Shown in pieces: positions 9,609-20,676 of a stretch of DNA of 32,000 nt. Position 1 is the stretch's first letter; the number at the start of each line of letters is the position of its first letter. The DNA is from Vibrio vulnificus CMCP6 (GTDB lineage Bacteria > Pseudomonadota > Gammaproteobacteria > Enterobacterales > Vibrionaceae): positions 180,001 through 212,000 of the forward strand of contig NC_004459.3 in the NCBI RefSeq assembly GCF_000039765.1, given 5' to 3'. The notes under the pieces were generated by a model. That model had not been told where the DNA came from. It saw only the letters and a list, made by a program, of their open reading frames with translations, and searched no databases. Made by a program: the position numbers and the translations under genes.

Positions 9609-10436
9609 ATGACCAAATGGGTCTTAATCACAGGCTGCTCGAGTGGTATTGGGTACGTCTGTGCGCACGCACTGCAAAAAAGCGGCTTTGAAGTCATTGC
9701 TTCTTGTCGAAATCTCCGTGATGTTGAGCGCTTGCAAAGCGAAGGACTCACGTGCATTCAACTCGATTTAGCCGATAGCAACAGCATTTCTCTTGCCGTT
9801 CAACAAGCCCTAGAGATCAGCGACGGGCAACTCTATGGGCTTTTTAACAATGGTGCCTATGGACAACCTGGTGCACTGGAGGATCTCCCCACTGACGCAT
9901 TGAGAGCCCAGTTTGAAAGCAACTTTTTTGGTTGGCATCAATTGGTACGTGAAATATTACCGATCATGAGAAAGAACAAGCAGGGGCGCATTGTGCAAAA
10001 TAGCTCCGTGTTAGGATTCGCTGCGATGAAATATCGCGGAGCCTATAACGCCTCTAAATTCGCGATTGAAGGTTGGAGCGACACCCTCAGGCTTGAGCTC
10101 GATGGCACGAATATTCACATTGCCATCCTCGAACCGGGTCCGATCGAAACCCGTTTTCGTTACAACGCACTGCAAGCCTTTTTGCAATGTATTGATATTG
10201 AAAACAGCCCTCACCGAGAGAGCTACTTGGCGCAAAAAGACCGCCTAGAGAATACCAACTCGAAGAGCAGTTTCGTCTTACCTGCAGAGTCTTGTATTGA
10301 GCCAGTGTTGCACGCGCTAACCAGTCAGAAACCGAAAATACGTTACCGAGTGACCACGCCAACTAAGCTGTTTGCTGTATTCAAACGGATTCTACCAACG
10401 CGCTGGCTAGATGAAATATTAAAAAGAGCGGCGTAA
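9609..10436 (+). CDS. ybbO: short-chain dehydrogenase/reductase, YbbO-like
   Basis: VLITGCSSGIGY, NNGAYG, the catalytic YNASKFAIEGWSD motif and EPGPIETRF align closely with E. coli YbbO. Confidence 0.8.
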   Translation: MTKWVLITGCSSGIGYVCAHALQKSGFEVIASCRNLRDVERLQSEGLTCIQLDLADSNSISLAVQQALEISDGQLYGLFNNGAYGQPGALEDLPTDALRAQFESNFFGWHQLVREILPIMRKNKQGRIVQNSSVLGFAAMKYRGAYNASKFAIEGWSDTLRLELDGTNIHIAILEPGPIETRFRYNALQAFLQCIDIENSPHRESYLAQKDRLENTNSKSSFVLPAESCIEPVLHALTSQKPKIRYRVTTPTKLFAVFKRILPTRWLDEILKRAA

Positions 10437-10628
10437 TTTATTGCTGATAATGTAATCAATTCGTCACAAATGGATGATAATTTACTCATCACCACAAAAT
10501 CTCGGTCATTTTCACTGCTAACAAAACGAGCACCTAGTTCATGTCATTAAATCAATTAAACTGGCTAAGTGTGGGTGTGGTGCTGACAATATTTATACTT
10601 ATTTAGGCACTTTCGCTTGCCACTCGAC

Positions 10629-10656
10629 AAAACGCTGCACTCTGCAGCGTTTTTTG
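10629..10656 (+). terminator. strong intrinsic terminator with no ORF immediately upstream
   Basis: Perfect stem AACGCTGCA-CTC-TGCAGCGTT (10631-10651) followed by TTTTTG. It lies 195 nt after the ybbO stop. Confidence 0.8.
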
Positions 10657-10724
10657 TGCTTGAAAAACCAGGCTCTCTACCCAATATCTTGTTGAGATAA
10701 GACTGTCTTGATAAGGATCCCAAA

Positions 10725-11579
10725 ATGCAATCTCCATACATTGTTGATATCAATGAGCAAAATTTTCGTGAAATCATCGAACGCTCAACACAAACACCAA
10801 TAGTGGTACATTTTTGGGCAAATGCTTATCCTGAGAGCACCGAACATCTCCCTGCTCTCCGCCAACTCGCCCAGCAATATCAAGGCGCGTTTGTCTTAGC
10901 GCTACTCGATTGTGAACAACAAGGCCCCATCGCCGCACAGTTTGGCGTACAAGTGTTACCAACCACCGCATTGTTCATCAATGGGCAAGCAGTCGATGGT
11001 TTAGGTGGTCCTCATCCGTTGGAAAAAATTCAGGCCATGCTTGACAAACACTTACCATCACAAGATGAGTTGCTGTTGAAAGAGATCAACGAGTTTATCC
11101 AGCAATCTCGCCATACTGAGGCGTTGGAGAAAATCGCGTTGTTGTCTGAGGCCATCGCACAACGAGGTGATGTCAAGTTGGCTCACGCCAATTGCTTATT
11201 AGAGCTTCATCAACTCGACTTAGCAGAGCAACTACTGTCAAGCATCCCCTTAGAATATCAGGACAATTACTATAAAGGCTTGATCGCGAAACTCGACCTA
11301 CAAAAACAGGCCTCCAACAGCCCGGAGATCCAAAAACTGGAGCAGCAACACCAAGCGAATCCAGAAGATCACACTATCACCTGTGAGCTAGCGATCCAGT
11401 ATCAGCAAGTCGGTAGAGAAGAGGAAGCGCTGGCGCTACTCTGGTCACAATTGAAAGTTAATTTAAGCATTGGCGATGGTGAAGTACGTAAAACCTTCAT
11501 GGATATTCTTTCCGCATTAGGACAAGGAAATGCTGTAGCCAGTCGCTACCGTCGACAACTCTACTCCATCCTTTACTAA
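10725..11579 (+). CDS. cnoX: thioredoxin-fold/TPR chaperedoxin CnoX (YbbN)
   Basis: N-terminal thioredoxin-like domain without CxxC (VVHFWANAYPES), then a TPR-like C-terminal half. It sits next to the qmcA-ybbJ and ybbO homologs, as in E. coli. Confidence 0.8.
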   Translation: MQSPYIVDINEQNFREIIERSTQTPIVVHFWANAYPESTEHLPALRQLAQQYQGAFVLALLDCEQQGPIAAQFGVQVLPTTALFINGQAVDGLGGPHPLEKIQAMLDKHLPSQDELLLKEINEFIQQSRHTEALEKIALLSEAIAQRGDVKLAHANCLLELHQLDLAEQLLSSIPLEYQDNYYKGLIAKLDLQKQASNSPEIQKLEQQHQANPEDHTITCELAIQYQQVGREEEALALLWSQLKVNLSIGDGEVRKTFMDILSALGQGNAVASRYRRQLYSILY

Positions 11580-11612
11580 ATTAGCTTCAACTTACTATCA
11601 AATCAATTACTT

Positions 11613-11640
11613 AAGGCTGGTTTAATCCGGCCTTTATTCT
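11613..11640 (+). terminator. terminator after cnoX
   Basis: AAGGCTGG-TTTAAT-CCGGCCTT (one G.U pair) followed by TATTCT. Confidence 0.5.
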
Positions 11641-11742
11641 GTCAGAAACTGGCGTCAATTCGCATTTATTACATTGTTTTACTTATCATTCTGCGCAAAA
11701 ATAAACCAATTGCATATCTTATTTATTCAGAAGGATGGAATT

Positions 11743-12666
11743 ATGCCAATTGACTCGTTAGTCACTATCGCGGTACTCGTTTTTGTTGCGATTACCTTTA
11801 TTGCCTCAGCAGTAAAAACCGTACCACAAGGACACAACTGGACGGTGGAACGCTTTGGTCGCTACACTCAAACACTCAAACCAGGTCTTAACCTGATCGT
11901 CCCTTTCATCGATCGTATCGGCCACAAAATCAATATGATGGAACAGGTTCTCGATATCCCTGCTCAAGAAGTTATTTCTAAGGATAACGCTAACGTGGTG
12001 ATCGATGCTGTCTGTTTTGTCCAGGTCATTGATGCAGCCAAAGCCGCTTATGAAGTCAGTGAGCTACAACATGCCATCCGCAACCTCACCCTCACCAACA
12101 TGCGTACGGTATTAGGTTCTATGGAGCTGGATGAAATGTTGAGCCAGCGCGATATGATCAACACCAAACTGCTGTCAATTGTTGACCAAGCGACCAATCC
12201 TTGGGGGGTCAAAGTCACACGTATCGAAATTAAAGACGTTCAACCACCAGCAGATCTTACCGCAGCGATGAACGCACAAATGAAAGCGGAACGTAACAAG
12301 CGCGCGGAAGTGCTAGAAGCCGAAGGGGTGCGCCAAGCTCAAATTCTACGCGCAGAGGGTCAAAAGCAATCTGAAATCCTCAAAGCAGAAGGGGAAAAAC
12401 AAGCTGCGATTTTGCAAGCAGAAGCCCGTGAACGTGCGGCTGAAGCAGAAGCAAAAGCGACAGCAATGGTTTCTGACGCTATCGCCAAAGGTGACATGCA
12501 AGCAGTGAATTACTTCATTGCACAAGGCTATACTGAAGCATTGAAGACCATTGGCCAAGCCGAAAATGGGAAAATCATCATGCTCCCACTTGAGGCTTCT
12601 GGCCTAATGGGTTCAATTGCTGGTATTGCTGAAATGTTCAAGCAAAGCGGCGATTCACAAAAATAA
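11743..12666 (+). CDS. qmcA: SPFH/band-7 (stomatin-like) membrane protein QmcA
   Basis: N-terminal TM helix, SPFH core ([32 protein letters not shown]) and a C-terminal AEG-rich coiled repeat. ATG 11743 has AAGGATGG upstream (the ORF track starts at 11674). Confidence 0.9.
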   Translation: MPIDSLVTIAVLVFVAITFIASAVKTVPQGHNWTVERFGRYTQTLKPGLNLIVPFIDRIGHKINMMEQVLDIPAQEVISKDNANVVIDAVCFVQVIDAAKAAYEVSELQHAIRNLTLTNMRTVLGSMELDEMLSQRDMINTKLLSIVDQATNPWGVKVTRIEIKDVQPPADLTAAMNAQMKAERNKRAEVLEAEGVRQAQILRAEGQKQSEILKAEGEKQAAILQAEARERAAEAEAKATAMVSDAIAKGDMQAVNYFIAQGYTEALKTIGQAENGKIIMLPLEASGLMGSIAGIAEMFKQSGDSQK

Positions 12667-12675
12667 GGAGGCGCT

Positions 12676-13128
12676 GTGATTGAGTTATTAGATGGCATCA
12701 ATCACTGGCATTGGCTAGCTCTCGGGCTAGCCTTATTGGCAGTGGAATTGTTGGGCACCGCAGGTTACTTTCTTTGGCTTGGTTTGTCGGCTTTACTGGT
12801 TGGTCTGTTGCTGTCTCTTATCCCTATGAGTTGGCAACTGCAGTGGAGCGCGTTCGCAGTGTTCTCACTCGTGACGACTTGGCTTTGGTGGCGCAAACAG
12901 CTTGCAAAAGATCAGCAAGATGATTCATCACGCGATCTTAATCAGAAGCAAAAACAACTGGTTGGCCAAGAAATTATTCTAAAAGAGGATATCCATGCTG
13001 GCATGAATCGAATTCAAGTGGCAGACACCACTTGGTCAGCACATTCCGATATTGATATTCCAGCAGGCAGTAAAATTAAAATTATCGCCTTAGATGGAAT
13101 TGTGTTGAAGGTTGAAGTGAGCGCTTAG
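12676..13128 (+). CDS. ybbJ: NfeD-family membrane protein (YbbJ)
   Basis: GTG start 9 nt after the qmcA stop, with AAGGAGG upstream. Three TM helices plus a C-terminal OB-like soluble domain, the classic SPFH partner. Confidence 0.8.
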   Translation: MIELLDGINHWHWLALGLALLAVELLGTAGYFLWLGLSALLVGLLLSLIPMSWQLQWSAFAVFSLVTTWLWWRKQLAKDQQDDSSRDLNQKQKQLVGQEIILKEDIHAGMNRIQVADTTWSAHSDIDIPAGSKIKIIALDGIVLKVEVSA

Positions 13129-13261
13129 CTGTTAATAGCGTGGACAGTTTGAGGCCTTATTTTCCCAGAGAGCCTCTTTCTGTACTCAAGTAATATTGCT
13201 AACAAATGACAAACACAATGTGTTACTGAACGATCGCCACGTCAAAGCTCTGTAACTTTAT

Positions 13262-13630
13262 CTAACGAAAACGATAGAAATCTGCACCCAAGAAGGCATC
13301 CCATCCTCTTTGCCATTCCGCTTTAATCATCGCCTCATTCGCATACGCACTACATTGTCCCGTGTAGCGAATCCCTCTAATGCCTTTTTCAAAAGCATGA
13401 AAAGGGTCGCAGTATTCTTTCTTCCCTTTTTCATACCCCTGAATATATGCATTCTGCTCAAAGGGAACTTTTTCCTTAATTGCACTTAGTGACTCTGACT
13501 CTTGTTGATAACCATGAACGCCAAATCGATATCCTTGATTAAACCAAAACTCTTCCGAAGTCATTGGCGTAGAGGATGTACAACCAGTAATAGATGCGAA
13601 ACACAGTGCTGCCAAACTATAATTTTTCAT
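13262..13630 (-). CDS. small lipoprotein (DUF2799-like)
   Basis: Lipobox SITGC at residues 13-17 and repeated G(Y/F)xxGxxGY-type motifs. AGGAGG lies upstream of ATG 13630. Confidence 0.7.
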   Translation of the reverse strand: MKNYSLAALCFASITGCTSSTPMTSEEFWFNQGYRFGVHGYQQESESLSAIKEKVPFEQNAYIQGYEKGKKEYCDPFHAFEKGIRGIRYTGQCSAYANEAMIKAEWQRGWDAFLGADFYRFR

Positions 13631-13644
13631 GTTGCCTCCTAGAA

Positions 13645-13675
13645 AAGAAAAAAGCCGAGCACTTAGTGCTCAGCT
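13645..13675 (-). terminator. intrinsic terminator after the porin gene
   Basis: Minus strand AGCTGAGCAC-TAA-GTGCTCGGCT (one G.U pair) followed by TTTTTTCTTTTC. Confidence 0.8.
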
Positions 13676-13701
13676 TATTAGGCAGTTATACTCGGTTCAA
13701 C

Positions 13702-15051
13702 TTATTTTACGTTGAAAGGAATCGCTAGAATCAACTTGAAATCAGTCTCATCTTGGAACGCGTTTGCATAACCAGTCCAGTTTGGAGCGTCAGAATCATT
13801 GAAGTATTGAGTGTAGTGGAATGCTACAGTCGCATCTTTCAATGCACCAGCTTGAATTGCGTAGTTAGCAAACATACTGTACGCGTATTCTGTTAGATCA
13901 TCGTAGCCTGCAACTGAAGCACCAGTACCAAGAGCAGCACTCACACCAGCACTAAACCCTGTGCCGCCAATATCAGAAAAGTCACGAGATACAGAACCGA
14001 AAACTGCTAGCTCTTCATGATGGTTAAAGTCTGAACGGTTGTTCCACCAAATTTCATATGCACCATTTGAGCCGCCGTAACCTGCTGTAGGACGGTATGC
14101 AAACCAGTTTCCATCTTCGTCAGCAGAAGTATAGGTTGCTTCAGCACGGAAAGAATAAGCACCAGCAGAGAAGCTAGACAAAAACGCCAACTGGTAGCCT
14201 AGATCATCATTTGTATATTGGTTTTCATCTTGAACGATATAAAGTTGTGGAGACCAGTAGAAGCCACCATCAGTTGTGCCTTTCACTTTAAAGTGAGCCG
14301 TTGTACGCTCATCCAACTTAGAAAGAGCACCGTCTAGGCTAATGCCGTTATCTAAAGTATAACGAGCACCTAGAGAGAACAAAATCTCATCATCGCCGTC
14401 AACACCTTTGAAAGCGTCAGTTTCTTTATACCAAGGCGCTTTGTATTCATCAGCAACCACGAAACCTAAATCAAGCTTGCCGAATGTACCACCAATTTCA
14501 CCGCCACGGTAAGTACCAGGAGCAAACGACCAGTTTACACCTAAACCGCTTGCAACTGATGGCTGGAAGTAACCTAGTTTAGCGCGTACATTATCACCAA
14601 ACTTAAACTTAGCAGCTGCTGTTGCAAAAGAAACACCACCTTTTTCTAGGTTGTTCCAACAACCAGCAGACGCAGGACCATCACAGTCAAGGAAGTTCAT
14701 TTCATGACCAGCACCAACTGAATCATTCCACATATCCCAAGTGCTATAGATAACGAAATCCGCACCAACGACATCATTAACGTAACCCGAATTAAAACCG
14801 AGGTTGATAAACAAGCTGCCGTGGTTCAGGTTTGTCTCTTTCTTAGTATCGTTACCGTTTGCATCAACGTTGCCGCGATCACGAGCACGCATCCACATGT
14901 TAAAGTTACCGCTGATGGTTGATTCAGCAAAAAACTCAGAAACCTCACCAGCATACTGTGGACCTACTTGGTCCGCTGCTGAAGCTGGAGCTGCTGCGAT
15001 TGCGCCTACCATTGCTGCAGTTATGGCAGATACTTTAAAAAATTTGTCCAT
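13702..15051 (-). CDS. outer-membrane substrate-specific porin, OprD-like
   Basis: Sec signal peptide (AAAPASA/ADQ). A 449-aa beta-barrel-type sequence rich in alternating aromatic/Gly/Asp, with OprD-like N-terminal blocks (GNFNMWMRARDRG, LGFNSGYVNDVVGADF). Confidence 0.75.
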   Translation of the reverse strand: MDKFFKVSAITAAMVGAIAAAPASAADQVGPQYAGEVSEFFAESTISGNFNMWMRARDRGNVDANGNDTKKETNLNHGSLFINLGFNSGYVNDVVGADFVIYSTWDMWNDSVGAGHEMNFLDCDGPASAGCWNNLEKGGVSFATAAAKFKFGDNVRAKLGYFQPSVASGLGVNWSFAPGTYRGGEIGGTFGKLDLGFVVADEYKAPWYKETDAFKGVDGDDEILFSLGARYTLDNGISLDGALSKLDERTTAHFKVKGTTDGGFYWSPQLYIVQDENQYTNDDLGYQLAFLSSFSAGAYSFRAEATYTSADEDGNWFAYRPTAGYGGSNGAYEIWWNNRSDFNHHEELAVFGSVSRDFSDIGGTGFSAGVSAALGTGASVAGYDDLTEYAYSMFANYAIQAGALKDATVAFHYTQYFNDSDAPNWTGYANAFQDETDFKLILAIPFNVK

Positions 15052-15483
15052 GGAAAAACTCCTAAAAATGGATATAGCTGTATTTTTTCATTCTCACCTT
15101 TAGTTGGCCGCCGAAGGGAGAAATCATTTCCTACGAAAAAACCTAATTAATCCTAATTTTGGTTTTTTTATTTCCTGCATACACCGTGTGTATCCATGGC
15201 TCATAGACTAACTTCGCAGCGTAAAACATCCAATAGGAACTTATTTTTTTTCTAAAAAAATATGAGCAAGCCCAAACTTCCTCAAATCAACATGATCTAG
15301 ATCTTATTTTCCACCCAAAGCAGAAGAAACGAACAAACCCTTTAAAAACAACAAATTAAGCATATCAATTTGAACCTCATCGCATTATATGTTTCTGCGT
15401 AAAGCATTTAGTCAGCACACGATCTGGCTCACGGAATAATTTCTATCGTTATTTTCATTCGTTAACCAGTATTTATTTCACAT

Positions 15484-15519
15484 AAAAAAATAACCCTCTA
15501 AACGTCAATTTAGAGGGTT
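15484..15519 (-). terminator. terminator after ligA (could act in both directions)
   Basis: Perfect 11-bp stem AACCCTCTAAA-CGTCAA-TTTAGAGGGTT (15492-15519), flanked by an A run (15484-15490) and a T-rich run. Confidence 0.85.
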
Positions 15520-15545
15520 TTAGTTTTTATTTTATCTTTTTTAGG

Positions 15546-17570
<2,025 letters not shown>

Positions 17571-17577
17571 TCACGAT

Positions 17578-17601
17578 AAAAAAGGGCTCCGCTGGGAGCC
17601 C
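17578..17601 (-). terminator. hairpin/terminator between zipA and ligA
   Basis: Minus strand GGGCTCC-CAGC-GGAGCCC followed by TTTTTTAT. It lies in the 64-nt zipA-ligA gap. Confidence 0.65.
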
Positions 17602-17619
17602 TGTTGGGATATTGGAAGC

Positions 17620-18555
17620 TTAAGCGTTTGCCGCTTTGAACTCAACTATTTGCCTTCTGTAACCCGCAAGGCGATCTGGCGTCATAAGATTGCGCTTATC
17701 ATCAAGCACATTACCACCGAGATCATCCGCTATTTTTTGCGCGGTTTTTAGCATCAAGTTAAAGTTCTGGTCAGCCTCACCATAACAAGGCAAGGTCATA
17801 AAGAAAGAGATACCTTTGGTCGAGAATTCCGCTGGATCATCATGTTTTAGCGTGCCTGGATGCATCATATTTGCAACACTAAACAGCACTTTACCAGTAC
17901 CCGACATATCAAGATGTCGATGGAAAATATCCATTTCGCCATACACTAGGCCATTTTGTTGCATGCTATCAAACAGCTTGGTGCCAACAAAGGGAGAATC
18001 ACCAGCACAATGTACATTAAGAACAATAACTTGCAGTTCTGGCTCTACTGTTTGTGACATCGGCTCATCGAGCTCTACGATGGTCTCTTCACCTGAAAAC
18101 GCGTCAATCTCGTCAGGATGATGAGTAAGAGGTTCATCTATTTCCTGAGGTTGCTCAACCCAAGCAGGCGCATCCTGCTCAATCGAAGCGGCTGCTTCTG
18201 CCTCTGCGACCGTAATATCATCATCAAATTTAGGTTGTGAGAACTTATTCTCTTTATCTTGTCCGCTATGAAGATCATCAATCAATGGATCGCCAATAAC
18301 ACCACTCGTAGAAAAGGGCTTCTCGTCTTCAAACGCGGGTTCTTTACGCTCTTTTCGAATAATTTCGTAATCATCTTCAGGGGCAACATACATCTCGCTC
18401 TCTTTAGGTTCGCTTTCTCCCAAATCAAGCTTGCTTAATGGTTTATCACCAAATTTTGCCTTCCCTTCTTTTTTACTCGTCCAAAGTCCGTGAAACAGCA
18501 GCGCCATGATGGCTAATGCGCCAACCACAATGAGTACGAATCGCAATTCCTGCAT
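17620..18555 (-). CDS. zipA: cell division protein ZipA
   Basis: N-terminal TM anchor ([22 protein letters not shown]), an acidic linker and a conserved FtsZ-binding C-terminal domain ([14 protein letters not shown]...ISFFMTLP). Confidence 0.9.
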   Translation of the reverse strand: MQELRFVLIVVGALAIMALLFHGLWTSKKEGKAKFGDKPLSKLDLGESEPKESEMYVAPEDDYEIIRKERKEPAFEDEKPFSTSGVIGDPLIDDLHSGQDKENKFSQPKFDDDITVAEAEAAASIEQDAPAWVEQPQEIDEPLTHHPDEIDAFSGEETIVELDEPMSQTVEPELQVIVLNVHCAGDSPFVGTKLFDSMQQNGLVYGEMDIFHRHLDMSGTGKVLFSVANMMHPGTLKHDDPAEFSTKGISFFMTLPCYGEADQNFNLMLKTAQKIADDLGGNVLDDKRNLMTPDRLAGYRRQIVEFKAANA

Positions 18556-18757
18556 TATTTACTCTCATAATCCCAGAGACACACAAGGGTCTGTGAATCT
18601 ATCAACCTAAAATATCTGGTTACTTTACCAAAGTTATCGAAAGAGTTAGAACAAATTAATGTTAGAAGTTCAAAGATTGGTGTGATTTCTTGCACGCTTT
18701 TTTTCTTTCCTCAGTTGGGTACAATGAGTTCATTCATTTCTTAAGCAGAACAATAAG

Positions 18758-19498
18758 ATGAACACAACGTACACAAAGCGTAGCGGATTTGGTTATTTTT
18801 TCTATGGATTGGAACTGGCGTTATCACCCGGCGTGAAACGATTCATACTCATGCCACTGCTTGCAAACATCCTCCTAGTTGGAGGAGCACTCTATTATTT
18901 ATTCTCTAACCTTAATCTCTGGATTGAGGGGTGGATAGGTCAATTACCCGATTTTCTTTCTTGGCTGAGTTACCTGTTGTGGCCGCTATTGGCACTGACG
19001 ATCATCGCGACCTTCTCATATTTCTTCAGTACCTTGGCCAATTTCATTGCAGCGCCATTTAATGGCCTCCTTGCGGACAAAGTGGAAGAAAAACTGACGG
19101 GGCAAAAAAGTAACAACGATGGCTTTTCTGATGTCATTAAAGATGTACCTCGCGTCTTGGCTCGCGAATGGCGAAAACTGCTTTACGTACTCCCTAAAGC
19201 AATAGGTTTATTCTTACTGCTACTTATCCCCGCTTTAGGCCAAACCGTCGCGCCTCTTCTGTGGTTTATTTTTACCGCTTGGATGCTAGCAATTCAGTAT
19301 TGTGACTACCCATTCGACAACCACAAAGTCTCCTTTCATGAGATGAGAAACACTTTGAAACAAAACCAATCTAAAGCCTATACCTTCGGCGCTATGGTAT
19401 CCCTGTGTACTTCCATCCCTATTCTTAACTTGATCGTGATGCCTGTTGCCGTTTGTGGCGCGACGGCCATGTGGGTCAATGAGTTTAAGCGAGGATAG
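18758..19498 (+). CDS. cysZ: sulfate transporter CysZ
   Basis: 246-aa membrane protein with CysZ-like blocks (GFGYFFYGLELALSPGVKRFILMPLLANILL, YCDYPFDNHKVSF). Adjacent to cysK. Confidence 0.85.
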   Translation: MNTTYTKRSGFGYFFYGLELALSPGVKRFILMPLLANILLVGGALYYLFSNLNLWIEGWIGQLPDFLSWLSYLLWPLLALTIIATFSYFFSTLANFIAAPFNGLLADKVEEKLTGQKSNNDGFSDVIKDVPRVLAREWRKLLYVLPKAIGLFLLLLIPALGQTVAPLLWFIFTAWMLAIQYCDYPFDNHKVSFHEMRNTLKQNQSKAYTFGAMVSLCTSIPILNLIVMPVAVCGATAMWVNEFKRG

Positions 19499-19506
19499 TT
19501 TAAGCA

Positions 19507-19539
19507 CTTGCCACCTTAATGATGGGTGGCAAGTTTTTT
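19507..19539 (+). terminator. terminator after cysZ
   Basis: Perfect 9-bp stem CTTGCCACC-TTAATGATG-GGTGGCAAG followed by TTTTTT. Confidence 0.85.
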
Positions 19540-19653
19540 CCGAGTAGAAACATCACTCTCATAAGATATAACTATTTAATCCTTTTCCCTTTGAATTATC
19601 AGTCATATCCTTCTATTCCGTATTCACTAAACGTGTAATGAAGGAACATCACC

Positions 19654-20623
19654 ATGAGCAAAATCTACGAAGACAACTCTCTGACTATTGGCAATACTCC
19701 ACTGGGTTCGTTTGAACAAAGTGAGTAACGGTAAAGTGCTCGCGAAAATCGAAGCACGCAACCCTAGCTTCAGTGTTAAGTGCCGTATCGGTGCAAACAT
19801 GATTTGGGAAGCAGAAAAAGAAGGCAAACTGAAACCAGGTGTTGAATTGGTAGAGCCAACCAGTGGTAATACTGGTATTGCGCTGGCATTTGTTGCAGCT
19901 GCTCGTGGTTACAAGCTGACACTGACGATGCTTGAGTCCATGAGTCTAGAGCGCCGTAAACTATTGAAAGCACTCGGTGCAAATCTAGAGCTTACTGAAG
20001 CGGCGAAAGGCATGAAAGGCGCAATCGCTAAAGCAGAAGAAATTGTTGCTAGCAACCCTGAAAAATACCTACTTCTTCAACAATTCAATAACCCAGCAAA
20101 CCCAGAAATCCACGAAAAGACCACTGGTCCAGAAATCTGGGAAGCCACAGATGGCGCTATCGATGTCTTTGTTGCTGGTGTAGGTACTGGTGGTACCATT
20201 ACTGGTACCAGCCGTTACATCAAAGGTGAGAAAGGGAAACAAATTCTTTCCGTTGCTGTTGAGCCAACAGAATCTCCTGTAATTTCTCAAGCGCTGGCAG
20301 GTGAAGAAATCAAGCCAGCACCACACAAAATCCAAGGTATCGGCGCAGGTTTCATTCCTGGTAACCTCGATTTGTCACTGATTGACCGTGTTGAGAAAGT
20401 GACATCGGAAGAAGCGATTGAAATGGCTCGTCGCCTAATGGAAGAAGAAGGTATCTTGGCGGGTATTTCATCAGGTGCTGCCGTGGTGGCGGCAAACCGC
20501 CTTGCTGAACTCCCTGAATTCGAAGGAAAAACCATTGTTACCGTACTACCTAGCTCTGGTGAACGTTACCTAAGTACGGCCCTATTTGCTGGCATCTTTA
20601 CTGAGAAAGAGAACCAGCAGTAA
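19654..20623 (+). pseudogene. cysK: O-acetylserine sulfhydrylase A (CysK), reading frame broken by a 1-nt insertion as sequenced
   Basis: ATG 19654 gives [17 protein letters not shown], then GSFEQSE and stop (TAA 19726-19728). The remaining 300+ aa of CysK ([29 protein letters not shown]...) run in the +1 frame from 19706. Deleting one G of the GGG run at 19704-19706 restores the frame. The gene identity is near certain; whether the lesion is real or a sequencing error is open. Confidence 0.7.
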
Positions 20624-20650
20624 TACGGGTTCAAATCAATTTTTCGTTCA

Positions 20651-20676
20651 AAAAAGCCCCATTCAGGGGCTTTTTT
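20651..20676 (+). terminator. terminator after cysK
   Basis: AAAAAGCCCC-ATTCA-GGGGCTTTTT followed by TGTTG. Confidence 0.8.

Noticed and set aside
11674-11742. N-terminal extensions given by the ORF track for qmcA (11674), the flagellins (26221, 27934), toxS (3912), yfcH (8642), htpG (2812) and the Rdx-like gene (5253)
   Set aside because: In each case an internal ATG reproduces the canonical family N-terminus and has a well-spaced RBS. The upstream start has neither.
12300-12460. Tandem repeat-like nucleotide periodicity inside qmcA
   Set aside because: It corresponds to the coiled AEG-x-Q-x-x-IL peptide repeats ([33 protein letters not shown]) typical of SPFH-protein C-termini. It is not an independent DNA repeat element.
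19507-19533. The shared motif CTTGCCACC/GGTGGCAAG in the cysZ terminator and in the flagellin upstream repeat region (28221-28230), as a possible dispersed repeat
   Set aside because: Only 9-10 nt are shared and the contexts differ (a terminator stem versus a direct-repeat cluster). This is most likely coincidence, but it cannot be tested without the whole genome.
19700-19730. Programmed +1/-1 ribosomal frameshift as the explanation for the cysK frame break
   Set aside because: There is no slippery heptamer, stimulatory hairpin or precedent in cysK. A simple extra G in a GGG run, through mutation or a homopolymer sequencing error, explains it fully.
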